Positions 36,381-49,182 of a stretch of DNA of 64,000 nt are shown here, in pieces. Origin of the DNA: Phoronis australis (Eukaryota; Animalia; Phoronida); the NCBI GenBank assembly GCA_002633005.1, contig NMRA01000118.1, positions 119,564-183,563 of the forward strand. The letters are read 5' to 3'. Numbering within the stretch: position 1 is the first letter of the stretch; the number at the start of each line of letters is the position of its first letter. The translations under genes were made by a program, and so were the position numbers. A model generated the notes under the pieces. The model was not told the origin of the DNA. It saw nothing but the letters and a program-made list of their open reading frames with translations, and did not search any database.

Positions 36381-39300
36381 TAGTCCAGTCATTCTAAGGC
36401 TCCAGAGGGCCCAACCTGTAAAAATTGCAAAAGAAGGATTTTTTTGCATAAACGCATCTTCAAATATCCCTTGGTGTCAGAAAAAAGTCTACCGAAATCG
36501 GAGTGGCGGAAGTCGGTTTTTCAAGATGGGGGAAAATGGCCGGCAAAACCGGTGTTTACTGGTTCCTGGTATGTTACCCTTATGTAACAGCTGGAAATAA
36601 AACAATGAAGCTGATCATTGATTATATACTTTTCATAACAGGCATACAAATCAAAAGATGCCAATTTTTCGTAAAATAAAACCGATATGGCCGACAAAAT
36701 GGAGGCCGAAACGACAATTTGGTAAATGTTACAAAATTTCTTTTTCATATTTGGCCCTAGAATTGGCAAACTTTCTATGCTTTTGTAAGTTAGATAATTG
36801 AAAATATCTGGACCTTACAGTTGGTCGCTGGTTGTAGAGAAAAAAATCAGGATGGCTTACAAAATGGCCGCCAACTGACAAAACCCCAATTTACCCCATA
36901 TGAGTTCTGCAAACTTTGCTTATAACCTGACAGGCGTTTGCACAAAAACATTTTACAATCTACAGTCAGGCTTAATGAGTAATTTGTTTTAAGATTTAGA
37001 TACTAAATGCGGAATTCTAATCACATTCTAAATTATTTAACTTAAAAGTTGGTGTGTTTTTCAAAAAAAGGCTTTAGTTACATTTTCTGTAAAATAATGA
37101 GGTATCAAAAATAATATTTGTTAGAAAAATATTTGTAATTCTGGTGGAATTATTGGCTTAGTCATTATACCAACCCTGAGTCACATTGGACAGGAAGTGT
37201 TCGTGTTAAGCTTTGTATTAGCCGCCAGGCGTCTCTGGTGTTTCACCTCTCCCCAATGGCTGGAGGAGCGTTCCAGAGCGTCCATGTTGGTGAACTCTTC
37301 ACGTTTATTGTGCTGGCGAATATAATCACTTGTTAGGGACTTTTGCGTTGTCTTTGAGCGAATTAACAGGAAGTGGCTTTGCTCTCTGCTATTGGAGATA
37401 TTATTAGTTGTTCCCAAAAAAAGATTTCGTCTGCTGGTGACATGAGTGGAAAATTTAGCAGCTGATTTCACCTGAATTTGATGAAAGTAAACAAATTTGT
37501 GTAACAAAAAGTTCTCAGTTAAATGTTAAACATTAAGTACTCACAATTGGTTTAATATGCCTGCTTTTTATGAACATAGGTAACTGATTTTAGAGGAAAT
37601 TATTGCCAGCAAAAGAAACGGCAGTGATCTGCAGTCACTTGTTCTTAGCCGGGCTTGGCGGATTTCATACTGAGATGAGTTTTCTGGTATGCACTGGGCT
37701 TCAAGAAGTTCTTGAGATAGTCTATGCACCAAACAGTCTGATCCATAGGTTAAATGCAAAAGGTGTAGATAGAGCAGTCAGGGGGCATATGTTGGTAGAC
37801 TCAGCACTGAATGGTATCATAACAGCCAGAGCATTCAACATCATCCCACTTCCAAATAGTGACAGATCAAGTAACACCAATCCAGAACCAACGACTTCAG
37901 AATTTGGAGAAAGAAGTTCCGCTTCTTCAGAAATTCCAGGAGTCCTGAATGTCACCAAACAGAACACAGATTCCGTGCCAAGAGATAGAGCAATTCAATG
38001 CTTGTACACAAACGTTGGCTCGTCAGAATATAAGGACACAGATTTTTCAGAAATCACAATTGATCATATAACTACAGATGTATACACTGCGACATGCAAT
38101 GTACAGGCAGTGTCTTCCGATTCTGAACCTTGGATTACTGTGCAATACCCCTCACGAGAGTTTACTTCTAGCTTCCGAAATACTGCCACTGGTATATTCA
38201 AAACACGACTGAATCAGATTATCGTATAGGTCTTCAGAATTCGCAGTGACAGAGAATGGTTCGCCAGAAGAATCAGTGGCCACTTATATGCTTGATGATG
38301 GTCTGAAAGCTGGTCTGAAATTGTATGATGATCTTATTACTGGCATGACGTCTGTGTGCGGCGATGTATGCTCTTCGGAGCGTCTTGTAGGAATCCATAA
38401 AAATCGAAACACATAACTCAGACTTGTCCTTGCAAAGTCAAACCAGCAGTCTTTGGCTACAGTATATAGAGATGGTTGACATCTTTCAACGTTTTCTAAA
38501 ACCAGAAATAACGTCAGATTGGGAACTTCACCTAAAAGCAGTTTCTGAAATGCTGCCTTACTTTGGAGCTGCTGGTCTCTACTCGCATGCAAAATCTGCA
38601 TACATATACACTATACTTGCAGCAGCTCAAAGACACCCATCCAGACGTCTGCAGCACATTTGTCAACGGTCATCATGCCATAAGACGAAGTGGCAGATTC
38701 TGGACAGGCTTGTCAACTGGCCTTGCAATTGAACAAACACTCATGAAAACCATTAAATCAACAGGAGGTTTAACTAGAGGTTGCGGAATGGGAGATAAGC
38801 AGCGTGCACAGTTGCTGCATGCTCAAATATAAAAGGTGCCATGCAGAGTGACAAACTTGAGTTGAGAAACAATTGAGCGACATTACAGAACATCGCCACT
38901 GGTGTGACTACAGGTACATGCGTCAATGACGAAAATGCCAGAGAAGTGTGGAAGGCGATCCTCTTGTCTATGTAGGGGTCGAGTGTGAAAGACTTCACAT
39001 TCATAAAGACAAGGTTATGTCAATGTCTAGTCCATGAGTTCATATTGCCAATACTGAATTTACAAAATTGGATCCTCAACTGCTACGTCAGCGATTACTG
39101 ACAGCTGCAAAACACAACAGTGAAAGTTTCTTATACCTTTTGAAGATTGAGCTGTGCGTTGGTTCCCCCGCTCTTTTTTGATATATTTGGTGTTCGCAGA
39201 GTAGCTAATTAATCAATATTAGCAGATGCACTCTGGTCCAGTGGGGGACTACCTGAGGATTACCAATTTCCAGAAAACATGGTGATGCATGTAGTCGACC

Positions 39301-39846
39301 GTATCGTATTCCATGGCCTAAAGGTGCATCGTTTCAGTCAGTTGGTAGAACTTATGTGGATTGCGTCAGCAAGTACAACCAGCTTACTGTTTTTGATGGT
39401 TATGGAGGTGGGGTGGTTCACTTCAACTTTGACATGGTATAAAGTCAAAGAAGGAGCATTTTTGGAAAACAGCAAAAATACTTGTTGTCAAGTTTTCTAC
39501 GAAATGCTGGTTGCCCAGATGTACAAGCTCAAGGTGGCACAGATGTTTTAATATTATAGAAGCAGCAATAGAGAACGCAGCACAAGGTCCTACTACCCTC
39601 AATGCACACGATACAGACTTGTTGGTTCTTTTGTGTTACTTCACAACAATTTCCAATGTTCTTGAAATCTGACAAGAGGCACGAAAGCATCAAGAAACCA
39701 CAGTTGTTTCTTGGTGCCGAAACGTGTGCGCTTTTGCAATTTGCTCGTGCAATAGGTGGTTGCGATACAACATCACTGCTGTTCGGTATTGCCAAGGCTC
39801 TCCCATTTAAGAGACTGCGTGATCGAGAATTCTGTGAAAACGTTGG
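36381..39846 (+). mobile_element. Degenerate Academ (AcademX-like, XPG-containing) DNA transposon, right part missing
   Basis: Starts TAGTCCAG; subterminal AAAATGGCCG repeats; frameshifted LGGFHTEMSFL, LWLQYIEMV...WELHL...MLPYF, RRSGRFWTGLS..LAIEQTLMK..KSTGGLTRG, VFDGY, GCDTTS..FG..K. Confidence 0.75.
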
Positions 39847-40582
39847 TGTCAGAATATAGACTGACAGTATTTTTAGTTGTATTGTTTTATTTCGTTTTGT
39901 TATTCTGTTTGATTGACATGACCCCTGAGTTAAGTACAATGATGATGTAATTTTTTTAAAACAGAATAGTATGGAACTTTCTAGTAGACTGAGTTCAGAA
40001 CAGTGATGATGTAATTTGTTTACTACAGTATAGTGTGGAACTTTATAGAAGATTCTAGCACGACAGTGATTAATGCCGTCTGGAATATTCTAGAGACTAG
40101 TATATGTTTGTAGAATGATTGGGTAGATTCAGGAAAGTTCTAGAATGTGCTTGAAATGATGAAAAGTTTCAGAACAATGCAACAGGCTATAAATACACAA
40201 CCACGGGTTTGTGTTAGTGAGATCAAGTCAGTTCAAGAAAGTTAATAAGGAGAATTACAGTTGAGTTGTAGTGAAGAGAATCACCAGTTACAGCGATAGT
40301 CAATAGAGAGCCAGCTATAGAGACAGCAGGTTATTGAATCGACGAGTGTAACAGTTGCTGAACGTTTCTCAGAAGTTTATCACAAGTCAAGGCTTCGCAG
40401 CACTGGCTGGAACATAAAACAGACATTAAGTCGGACGTTTTGTTTGAGTAGGCTTGTGAACGTACGGTCGGGATTAATAAAGGATTAACTCGAACCAGTC
40501 TTCAGTCTATCGTCGCACCGAAATCTATTAGCACCGGTCTGTAACAACCTGCGCCCACCCACACACGTGGAAAAACGTGACA
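39847..40582 (+). mobile_element. Gypsy 5' LTR (736 bp)
   Basis: TGTCA...TGACA termini, TATAAATA ~40188, AATAAA ~40476, followed by a PBS. Confidence 0.85.
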
Positions 40583-40584
40583 AT

Positions 40585-40602
40585 TGGCTAGCACGCCAGG
40601 AG
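40585..40602 (+). promoter_or_regulatory. Primer-binding site, tRNA-Arg(ACG)-like
   Basis: TGGCTAGCACGCCAGGAG, 2 nt after the LTR, resembles the complement of the tRNA-Arg(ACG) 3' end (TGGCGAGCCAGCCAGGAG, from memory). Confidence 0.6.
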
Positions 40603-40657
40603 CTTACTGACGGTAACAAGGTGTGATAAAGTAGACTTTTGGAATTAGCAACTCACT

Positions 40658-42188
40658 ATGGAGACACGATCTCAATTAAGGGAGTTAATAATGACCCTCA
40701 GACAAGAAATGGGTCTGCAGTGGAAGCAACTCCAAAAGTCAGCAGCAGTCAGCCACCGAGGTTATCAGAGTAAGGATTCGGTGAAGCATGCTAACCCTGA
40801 ACGCGCCTTCAAAGGAATGCTGCGTCTGAAGGAGGGGTTTGTTGGCACGAAGAAGGTCTCGGTGTTGAGAGACATAGGCTGCACAACCATTGTGGTTCGA
40901 TCTAGTCTAGTCGAACCAGGAGATATAACCTGCCGGAAATGGTCATGCGAATTGGCAGACTCTACCAATAGATGGTTTCCTGTCGCCAAGATCAACATCA
41001 AGACACCGTATTACACAGGAGAAGTGTTTGCGATGAGCATAGAGCGTCCAGTGGCCGATTTGATTATCGGGGACGTACCTGGCGCCTTGGACTCGGGGGA
41101 TGTTGAGCGACAGCAGACGGCAACTACTGTCAACGAGGACAATTCAGGCAATAGCCTTGTGGAGGGCCCGAAAGACGACTCTCAGAAGGGTACTACTTCC
41201 CAAGAGGAAAACCCAGTGACCTCAAATCTAGTGGGAGAAGAGGTGACCGACACGTCAGTAGGAACAGATCCTGATGAATCCAGCAGGGAAACAGTAGCAG
41301 TGACTACCAGGGCTCAAGCAGAGCGTCAAAAATCGGACATTAAACCGTTAGCTGTGTCCCCGACCATACAAGAGGTGGGACTAAACCAGTTCAAGGAAGC
41401 CCAGCATGAAGATTCATCAATGAAAAAGTTATGGGAGCAAGCTGAAGCCAAAGTTCAGCGACAGACCAAAGGCAAGGGGTCATACATGATGAAGGTTCAG
41501 TGGGGAATACTCTATCGGATGTTCAAAAAGAAAGACGGTGACGAGGTGAAAAAAAGTTGTCGTGCCGAGCAGTTTACGGAAGTCCGTGATGAGGCTTGCT
41601 CATGAGTCTATACTCGGTGGACACCTCGGTGTTAGGAAGACAACTGACCGTATCACCAGCAATTTCTATTGGCCAGGAGTGGCATCAGAAGTGACCCGAT
41701 TCTGCAGATCATGCGACATCTGCCAGAAGACAATCCCGAAAGGTCGAGTGACCAAGGTACCACTAGGAGTGATGCCTTTGATGGAGGAGCCTTTCAAAAG
41801 GGTCGCGATTGATCTGATTGGCCCTATAGCTCCAGTTTCCGACAAAGGAAACAGATACATTCTCACGGTGGTAGATTTCGCTACCAGGTACCCAGAAGCA
41901 GTGGCGCTACCGAAGATTGAAACAGAGCGTGTGGATGAAGCATTATTAAAAGTCTTCAATAGAGTAGGGTTCCCACGAGAGATCCTGAGTGATCGTGGAA
42001 CGCAGTTCACAGCGGAACTGATGAAGGAGGTCAGCAGGCTTGTGAGTGCACAACAGCTGTACACGACCCCTTACAATCCACGCTGTTACGGGCTCTGTGA
42101 AAGGGCCAACGGTGTTCTAAAGGCCATGCTGAAGAAGATGTGTCAAGAAAGACCAAAGGACTGGGACCGGTGCCTGCCAGCTGTGCTA
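40658..42188 (+). mobile_element. Gmr1-type Gypsy pol remnant: protease followed directly by integrase; gag largely deleted, RT/RNase H absent
   Basis: LRDIGCTTIVV (aspartic protease), VTTRAQ, frameshift near 41550, HESILGGH...CRSCDIC, VAIDLIGP, ILSDRGTQF, GLCERANG; breaks at PAVL. Confidence 0.9.
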
Positions 42189-42805
42189 CGTCTTGCGATT
42201 TCGGGTGTTGGTTTTTATGTGAGTCACTCTCAAGTATCATAAAATTCCGGCGTCAAAACTTGAAACCAACATCGTACAACGAAATTAACCCATTTGCAAA
42301 AGGAGTTCACTCATTAATCCAATTACAAGTGACTTTTTAATAACTCGCCTGTACTTCACATTTTTGCAAGATGTCTCTTTGTTCGAGCGGCTGTAACGCA
42401 AAAAATCTGTGATAAGCGAAGACTAAAATACGGAATTCAACGATGAATTAAAACTGAGTTGCCGAGCTTGAACACTTACAGAGGCCATGAATCCGCGTTC
42501 CGTCCTATAAACAAACATTTATTCAGATCAATAACCGCTAGTTGGTCTCAACATGTTTTTACTCAGATGAGAAGTGAGTTATAGGCTTCCACAGAACTGA
42601 TGGTTTGCCATTTCTTGAGACCATGTTCGGCGCTTAAAATGAGATGCCAAGGAGCACGGTCTCACGCAATAACGAACTGTTTTTTCCGAGACCTGAAATG
42701 ACCTATAACTTGACTATGAAAAGATTTGAGACCAACTTCATAATGACAAGTTGTTTAAACAAGATGTTGTTTTTTGTGACGAAAGGAGGGATTAAAGCCA
42801 CCTTA
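42188..42805 (+). mobile_element. Dispersed non-autonomous DNA element (family of 11640 and 14270) abutting the Gypsy breakpoint
   Basis: Homology to the copies at 11640-11910 (-) and 14270-14678 (+). Confidence 0.55.
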
Positions 42806-42837
42806 TTTTTGTATTAGTGTTACAATGCGATCGTTCC

Positions 42838-42915
42838 TTTACCTTTAAAGCCACTAGATAAGCCAGCAGCAGACTATGAGCCTTACCTTTAAAGCCACCA
42901 GATAAGCCAACAGCA
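42838..42915. repeat. Short tandem duplication (~44 bp)
   Basis: TTACCTTTAAAGCCAC.AGATAAGCCA.CAGCA twice. Confidence 0.85.
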
Positions 42916-45350
42916 TGGTTTTCCTATGTTCATTAGTTTTGCTACTTGCAGTTCTTGAGAAGAAGTTAATTGGAACGCTGTTGAGCTTACACCGAATACT
43001 GTAAGAAAGCAAAAACTTGTTAGTATGTCATGATACACTGTCACTCAGAAGGCATAATTTGTGTACACGGAACACTACGGCATTATCCTACGTGACAAGG
43101 CGGTGACATAAAAGTATAACCAGCATACAATTTATTAATTTTTTATTAGATCATCTTACCATTTTGCGATTATCGATCACCAAATAATGCCCCATCTTAG
43201 CCAGAAGTGGGATCCAAATCCAAATTGGCCAAAAATTATGCAACAATGTTACAACCAGTGTGGTTAAAATGTGTATTATTTCACAAAATGTACATTAACA
43301 CTTGTACATTTGTAACCATTCTCAAGAGAGAAGACTGTATGCCAACGCATTCTATGTCAGCGATGTATGTCATATACTATGTGTACTGGGTTCAGTGAAT
43401 GTTAGTCTTTTTTATACTTCCATTCGTAGGAAACGGGTATGGGGTGGAGTAGGGGTGAAGTTCGCACCACATCGACAGCAGGTGTGGGATTTCAGCACCC
43501 AAAAATATGCCCTACTAAAAGATCTGTATTCCATATACGCTTATGATTAGGTTCATATTCCATAAGCGTTGTGCATGGGTCATGCCAGAAGGCAAAAATT
43601 TAAATAAACGAGTAAATTCTTTGTTGCGTACGCTGGTATATACAGAGCGAATCATAAATCCCTTACCGACATAGTGCAGTCTCAGATTGATAAAGGAGTT
43701 TGCTTCTATTATTCACTTCTCTAAATTTCAATAGAAAACATATGTGGAGTTCATAGACTCGTTATTTTAAACAGCACCGCATATGCACGAATTTAGGCAC
43801 ATGCGCCTGTATAGACTTTTGCTCAAACGTTTCATAGATAAGTGCATGTGTCGAAGGCTCACTTTACAAAAGCACGTGGAGAACGCTTGACTGTACGTGT
43901 GCAGCTTAAAAACTGAGTGTGTGCGCTTTCACATTCTCAGTTCTTTTCCTTTAAAATTAAATCGCCAGGTGTTGTATATTGTTTATAGTATGCTCCTGCC
44001 ATCTCGTGGCCGCGTCCTTCTTCTGATTTATGAAAGTAAACGTTCAATACCGACTTTTGTGGTTTATTTGGCGTATCGTATTAGCTGTGGCGTGGTGGCA
44101 ACAACGATTGGTATCCTTAGAGACGTTCTATGTAGTCATCCTCAAGAAACTCACACAACTTACGCAAGTCACTCGGTAAAGTTCGTTTACTGTGATAAAA
44201 TAAAGAGGATGTTAACTTCATCATGGCTTGTATTACGACCTTTACCTTAACCACTACAGCGACACCTTTGAGTCCAAACAGATACGGGTGTGTACTTGTG
44301 CCATAACAGAACCGAAATAATGGTACCTGTCTAAAACTCAAAGCGTTAAGTAATATGACGATTGGAATCAAAATTTGCTAAGTTTGCAAACGTTTTACAT
44401 GACAGCGTCAAATGGGAAAAGAAACGATCCACTTCTCCACTCTGCGATTACACTAATTACCTAAACCCGCGGGTCACCCGTCCAGGCATGCCACCGGACA
44501 GCGCAACAGAAAGCCAGCATGCTCGAGCTCAGTCTGGCCATTCAGTTGGTAAGCCAACACTACCGCATAATCTTGCTTAAGTACGGACGAAAAAGCATTT
44601 CATCAAATGCAACGCCAAGCTACCATATATGCTTTTGGTAACTAATCACGCTTCCCTGTCTCGTAAATTGCCCCTTTGATAGGACTTCGCGAGATTACGT
44701 GAGATGTTGCCGTGTATTCTAAATGAGAACGCGTGACTTTGGCTAGATTTTAGCGAGGCCTTAGTTTTACTAAACTCTACCCTCTTGAAGCGACAGGTAA
44801 AAACTGATTGTGCAGAATGCCCTTGTATCAAAATGGCTACCAAGTATAATTGATCGTTGTTTTTCTGTTCTTTTTACAGGTACAGGTTACCACAAAAATC
44901 ACGATTACAAATGCCTTTTTGTAAATAACTGTTTTCGATACTCGATTACTGGTTGAAAACTTCTTCTTCATATCTGGAAAATAGGGAGCAAATAATTTTA
45001 TTGGGCGAAGGTGGTGCCTACGAACCCTAATTCTCCATGAACCCCTGCTAGTAGTCATTGGCGTCACCGATGCGCATCAAGACACTGGGAAATCGGTGCA
45101 CTTTTGAGTCACCGCCACGGTGATAGGTTAATTAAAATCTGTATGGTATGCCCTTACCCCCCGCAGCAATCAAATAGCTTAATTGCTATCTCCGCCGGGA
45201 CGGGAGAGGTGCATCGACGCTGAAGGTCAGTCAGGCCACAGGGTCACCTACTGCCTATCACGCTTGTGAGACCGGCACGTCCGTGCCACGGTAGGTGATT
45301 GTACCGGCGTTTTTTACTTGGTTTCTACCCCGACGGCAACTTCGGGATGC

Positions 45351-45460
45351 CATAAACATGGGCGGCGCACCATAGGGGCTGGGGGCTATAGCCCCCCACT
45401 TTTTTCAGTGCTGCACTGCCCATGGACTATGGGCGGTGAACCACGTCGGGGGCTATAAAA
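45351..45460 (+). mobile_element. GC-rich MITE end (family of 21460-21540)
   Basis: CATAAACATGGGCGGC...GGGGCTGGGGGCTATAGCCCCCCACTTTTTTCAGTGCTG. Confidence 0.7.
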
Positions 45461-48400
45461 ACGGACATTCAACGAAAAATAAAATGTGATCAACAAAAAA
45501 TTGGATGACAATAACAGATAATACTTAAAAGCATTGACAACAGCACATCACTCGGGCAACTTTCCATGTCTAGTGTAAACCCGGCGAAAGCTGATTGATT
45601 CCCTAACACTATCTGGTACCCGTGCGAAATTTATAATTAGAATACCCCAGTCTCGCCATTTAGCCAATGAAATGCTTTCTACGCAAACACCAGACTTTAT
45701 GAAACAGGATGTACAGTACACTAGGCTGCCACTCTTATAGGCACCAATCAAGTATTCTTTCTTTGAAGGCAATGATAGAACATTTGTGAAATCACACAAT
45801 ATTCCAAAGCTATTATACCTATGTAATAGTTTTTCACTGATTATACAGCACAATCATCAGCAATCCATAAATTGTCTGATTACTACACATGATAGAAATA
45901 ACACAAATTTGTATTTTTAAACTAAATTAGTCCTTGAAATTGAAACGCCTTCGACATCTAAGGAAACAATTCGGCAGTCATCGCTAATTCTTGCGTGACT
46001 CTGATCTTTGCCAAAACTTTGACATCCAGTGAAGCTTTTAAAAATCGGATATAAGCGGAGTTAGGCGAACTCTCGACTTATCTTAGGGATGCATGCACAA
46101 AGTAAAGCAACTGTACCGCGCAACTTTCTCCGTGTTAAGCGGGAATCTGATCTGTGTATGCAACATTTTACACCTGGCACAATATCGCTCAGCCTGATTT
46201 TTCGTAACAGAAGCAGTGAACACAAAGCAAATGACAAAGGAAGTATTTATAATAACGGTTCTCCCAAGTAAACATAAGCTAAAGGGAAAATCAAAAAACC
46301 TGCAACACAATTAGTGGCTCAAAATCCCCTAGGTGACGCTATTAAAAAAGCGTAAAAGTTACTTTTAGGAAAATGTACTGCTTTCCGGTTGTCGCCAGAG
46401 ACCCTTAGCCCACAAATGCTTTATTCCTGATGACCTAAACTACGTCGATGCAAAGAATGACTCAGCGCCGCATATATACATGTACAAGTGCGTGTATGCT
46501 CAAGCAACAATAGCCATCAGCCACACACACGAGTCCCCTCAGGGTACTTTTCCGGATATCTGTACGTCATGGGTTCCATCGCATTCTCATCAATGCAGAG
46601 TTGTCGTGTACCTGTCATGAAACGCAGTCAATCTCTGCCTCCAAGCCCGTGGTTTAATTTCTATTTTCTACTAGGTGCATCATTGTCATTATCACACACT
46701 CAATATAGTCAAATTCAAAATCGAAAAATTGAAAACAGTTCACGAATTGTTATGGCTATAGTGTGAAAAGATACCGGATTAACCCGGTTTTGCGCCCAGG
46801 GTGTTTAAAACGGAAAGAAAAATACCAGGAGTGGGCGTTAGTCGAGCAAGGAGACTTAAAAGTGTATGTTTTAAAAGTCGAAGGACATAAACGCTAACTG
46901 CTAACAACTAGGGAGTTGCATTTAAATGTAACTCACTTCACAAGCAACTTTTAATACTAAAATAGGCAAAAAGACAACTACAATGTTTGGGGTTTACAAG
47001 TAAGCGAGTTGTTTGCCTTTTGGGTTTCTGAAATGGACATCTGCAAAACTGGTAAGTCTAAATTATACAAATTGATGATGAGAATAGCATACCCGTTTAT
47101 TGCAAATTAGGAAAACCAGGAGTAGTCTCAAGTCGACCATGGTATTTAACCCAGATAACTACGGTAAATGCTTGTAGATCGCAGCTTGCACACAGTTCCC
47201 ATTAGCCAATTGAAAAACAGTGTAATCATTCGTGATTGCACGTCGCTTTTCACTTCATATTTTGTTATAAAATCTTCATTCAGCCTGGTTTTGTGGAACT
47301 CCACAAGGCAGAAAATGTAAGAAATGCAAACACATCAATGTCACTACCAACAAGAACGTAGCTGATTACCACATGCTGTAGTTACTCTCTTGGGCTTGTA
47401 CAACAAGCAGTGGTTTGAAATAAACATCAGTACATGTCAATAACTTCTTACACCCAACACTCTGACAACAAATAGTTTCGTTTCAAAGCTGCTGTTCATT
47501 CTTATGAAGCCGAAGTGCGTACTGATAACCCCGGTAGTAAGACGGTAGCGGTGTAGTGACTGACTGCCCAGGTTGAGACGATGGTGGCTACGTGAAGGAC
47601 GCCAGTGATACGGCAGACAATACTGGTTGACTTGAATAAGGTGATGAGGTTAAGAAGACGAAACCCCTGCTGTTGCTGTAGCAGAAGCCTGTCTCGATCT
47701 GGTCAAATCTGTTGTCTTTCGCTGAATATGGAATGAAAAAACGAACGTTGCAAATGACGCTTCTTTCAATACTTCTAACACTCCTTACAAGTTCTTTCAA
47801 AGTATAATTGTCGAGTTAACTTAATTGGCTGCAACAACAACATATTTTCCAGATCACACAGATGGTACCTGGGGCATTAAAACAGAAAATACTGAATATG
47901 AGTTGTTGAGAGACAAAAAATAGCAGCTGAAGTGTGGAAATATGTGCAATTTAACCAAATAAATTAATGCATTAACCACAGAGGCAGGTGACCATCATGT
48001 ATATTAATTTTCTGTTTGTGGCAATTACCACTGAAAAGGCAGAACACTTCTGTCTTGGCACCAGAGACCATAGAACTGGACACAGTGCAAAAAAATGTGA
48101 GTAGCGGCAGAAACATAGATTATTTGAAAATCCAATTTGTAAATATAATAAAACAAGACCATAAACTTAACAATAACAAAAAGAAGGTTGGAAAGAGAAA
48201 ATTAATGGCCAATAGTATGAAGACAATATAGATGTAAACAAGAAGAGTAGACAGGGGCGAACAAAAGACCAGGTGTGATGCTCACCGAGAGGATCACTCC
48301 ATGGAAGAGGTATATAGGACGTGTTCGGCACAGAATGGTGAGGCTTTCGTGACCAATTTTCTGTACGGAAGGATGATTTTCTGAAAAAATCCTTATGAAA

Positions 48401-48964
48401 GGGCACCACAAAATATGAAACAACCATGGCAAAATGTAACCAAAGTTTTCAGAAAATTTTAGATACAAAATAATGAAGAAAAGTTTTTAAGTTCTGTCGC
48501 AGAAAAAATTTTGTTTCACATTCAGACCCCCCTCCCACCTAGGACATGACCGAATAAAAATACGACGCTGGTACGCACATAATTCTGTCCTTCACATCTC
48601 TATAGGTATACCCGCGACATTACACTTCGACCAGTCAGCGGTGTTACAACATGAAAGAGGAAGACGACCTTGTATTCAAATATATAGTTTCCTAGATTCA
48701 ACTAATCTGATTTCACCAATATCACAAAAATAAAATGATGTCACGTCAATAATTCAACGTTACCTTGCAAATAGGAACCACATGCTTACGTCCACAATGA
48801 TCGCAATCACAGGGATAAGCAGCACGACAGAGCGCCTAGTTCGAATTTGAAGGCAATTACTTCATTTCCGGCTAATAAAACTAGGAAATAGAATTCGTAC
48901 AGCGGAAATATTTGATGACATCAAGATTGCTTACCATTTTATAAGTCCGGCGCTCAGTTGAACC

Positions 48965-49182
48965 ACTGAAGCATGTTTTCTCGCAATGCTTCGAACATTT
49001 TCGGCTTCGGCAGGCTAAGGATTGATCCACGGACAGGTGACATCTCTCACACACGAGTTTGGCACAAATTTGCTCCATTTGGTGGCCAAATCTTGATTTT
49101 TCGAGAGCGGGTATAGTTTTACTCCATCCCTGTGAGACTTTGAACACTTGGCGCATCGTATTGCTACACACTTGTTCAACAT
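48965..49182 (-). pseudogene. Degenerate THAP domain
   Basis: MLNKCVAIRCAKCSKSHRDGVKLYPLSKNQDLATKWSKFV...W..P*, then frameshift to KCSKHCEKTCF; donor GTAAG at 48934. Confidence 0.65.

Noticed and set aside
36405-36425. Strong splice acceptor (TTTTTACAG) upstream of the STELLO-like ORF
   Set aside because: Lies within the Academ terminus and is followed by in-frame stops
36471-39854. TTGGTGTCAGAA near both ends of the Academ fragment, as a possible TSD
   Set aside because: The first copy lies inside the element and the second overlaps the LTR start; 12-mer matches are expected by chance in 64 kb
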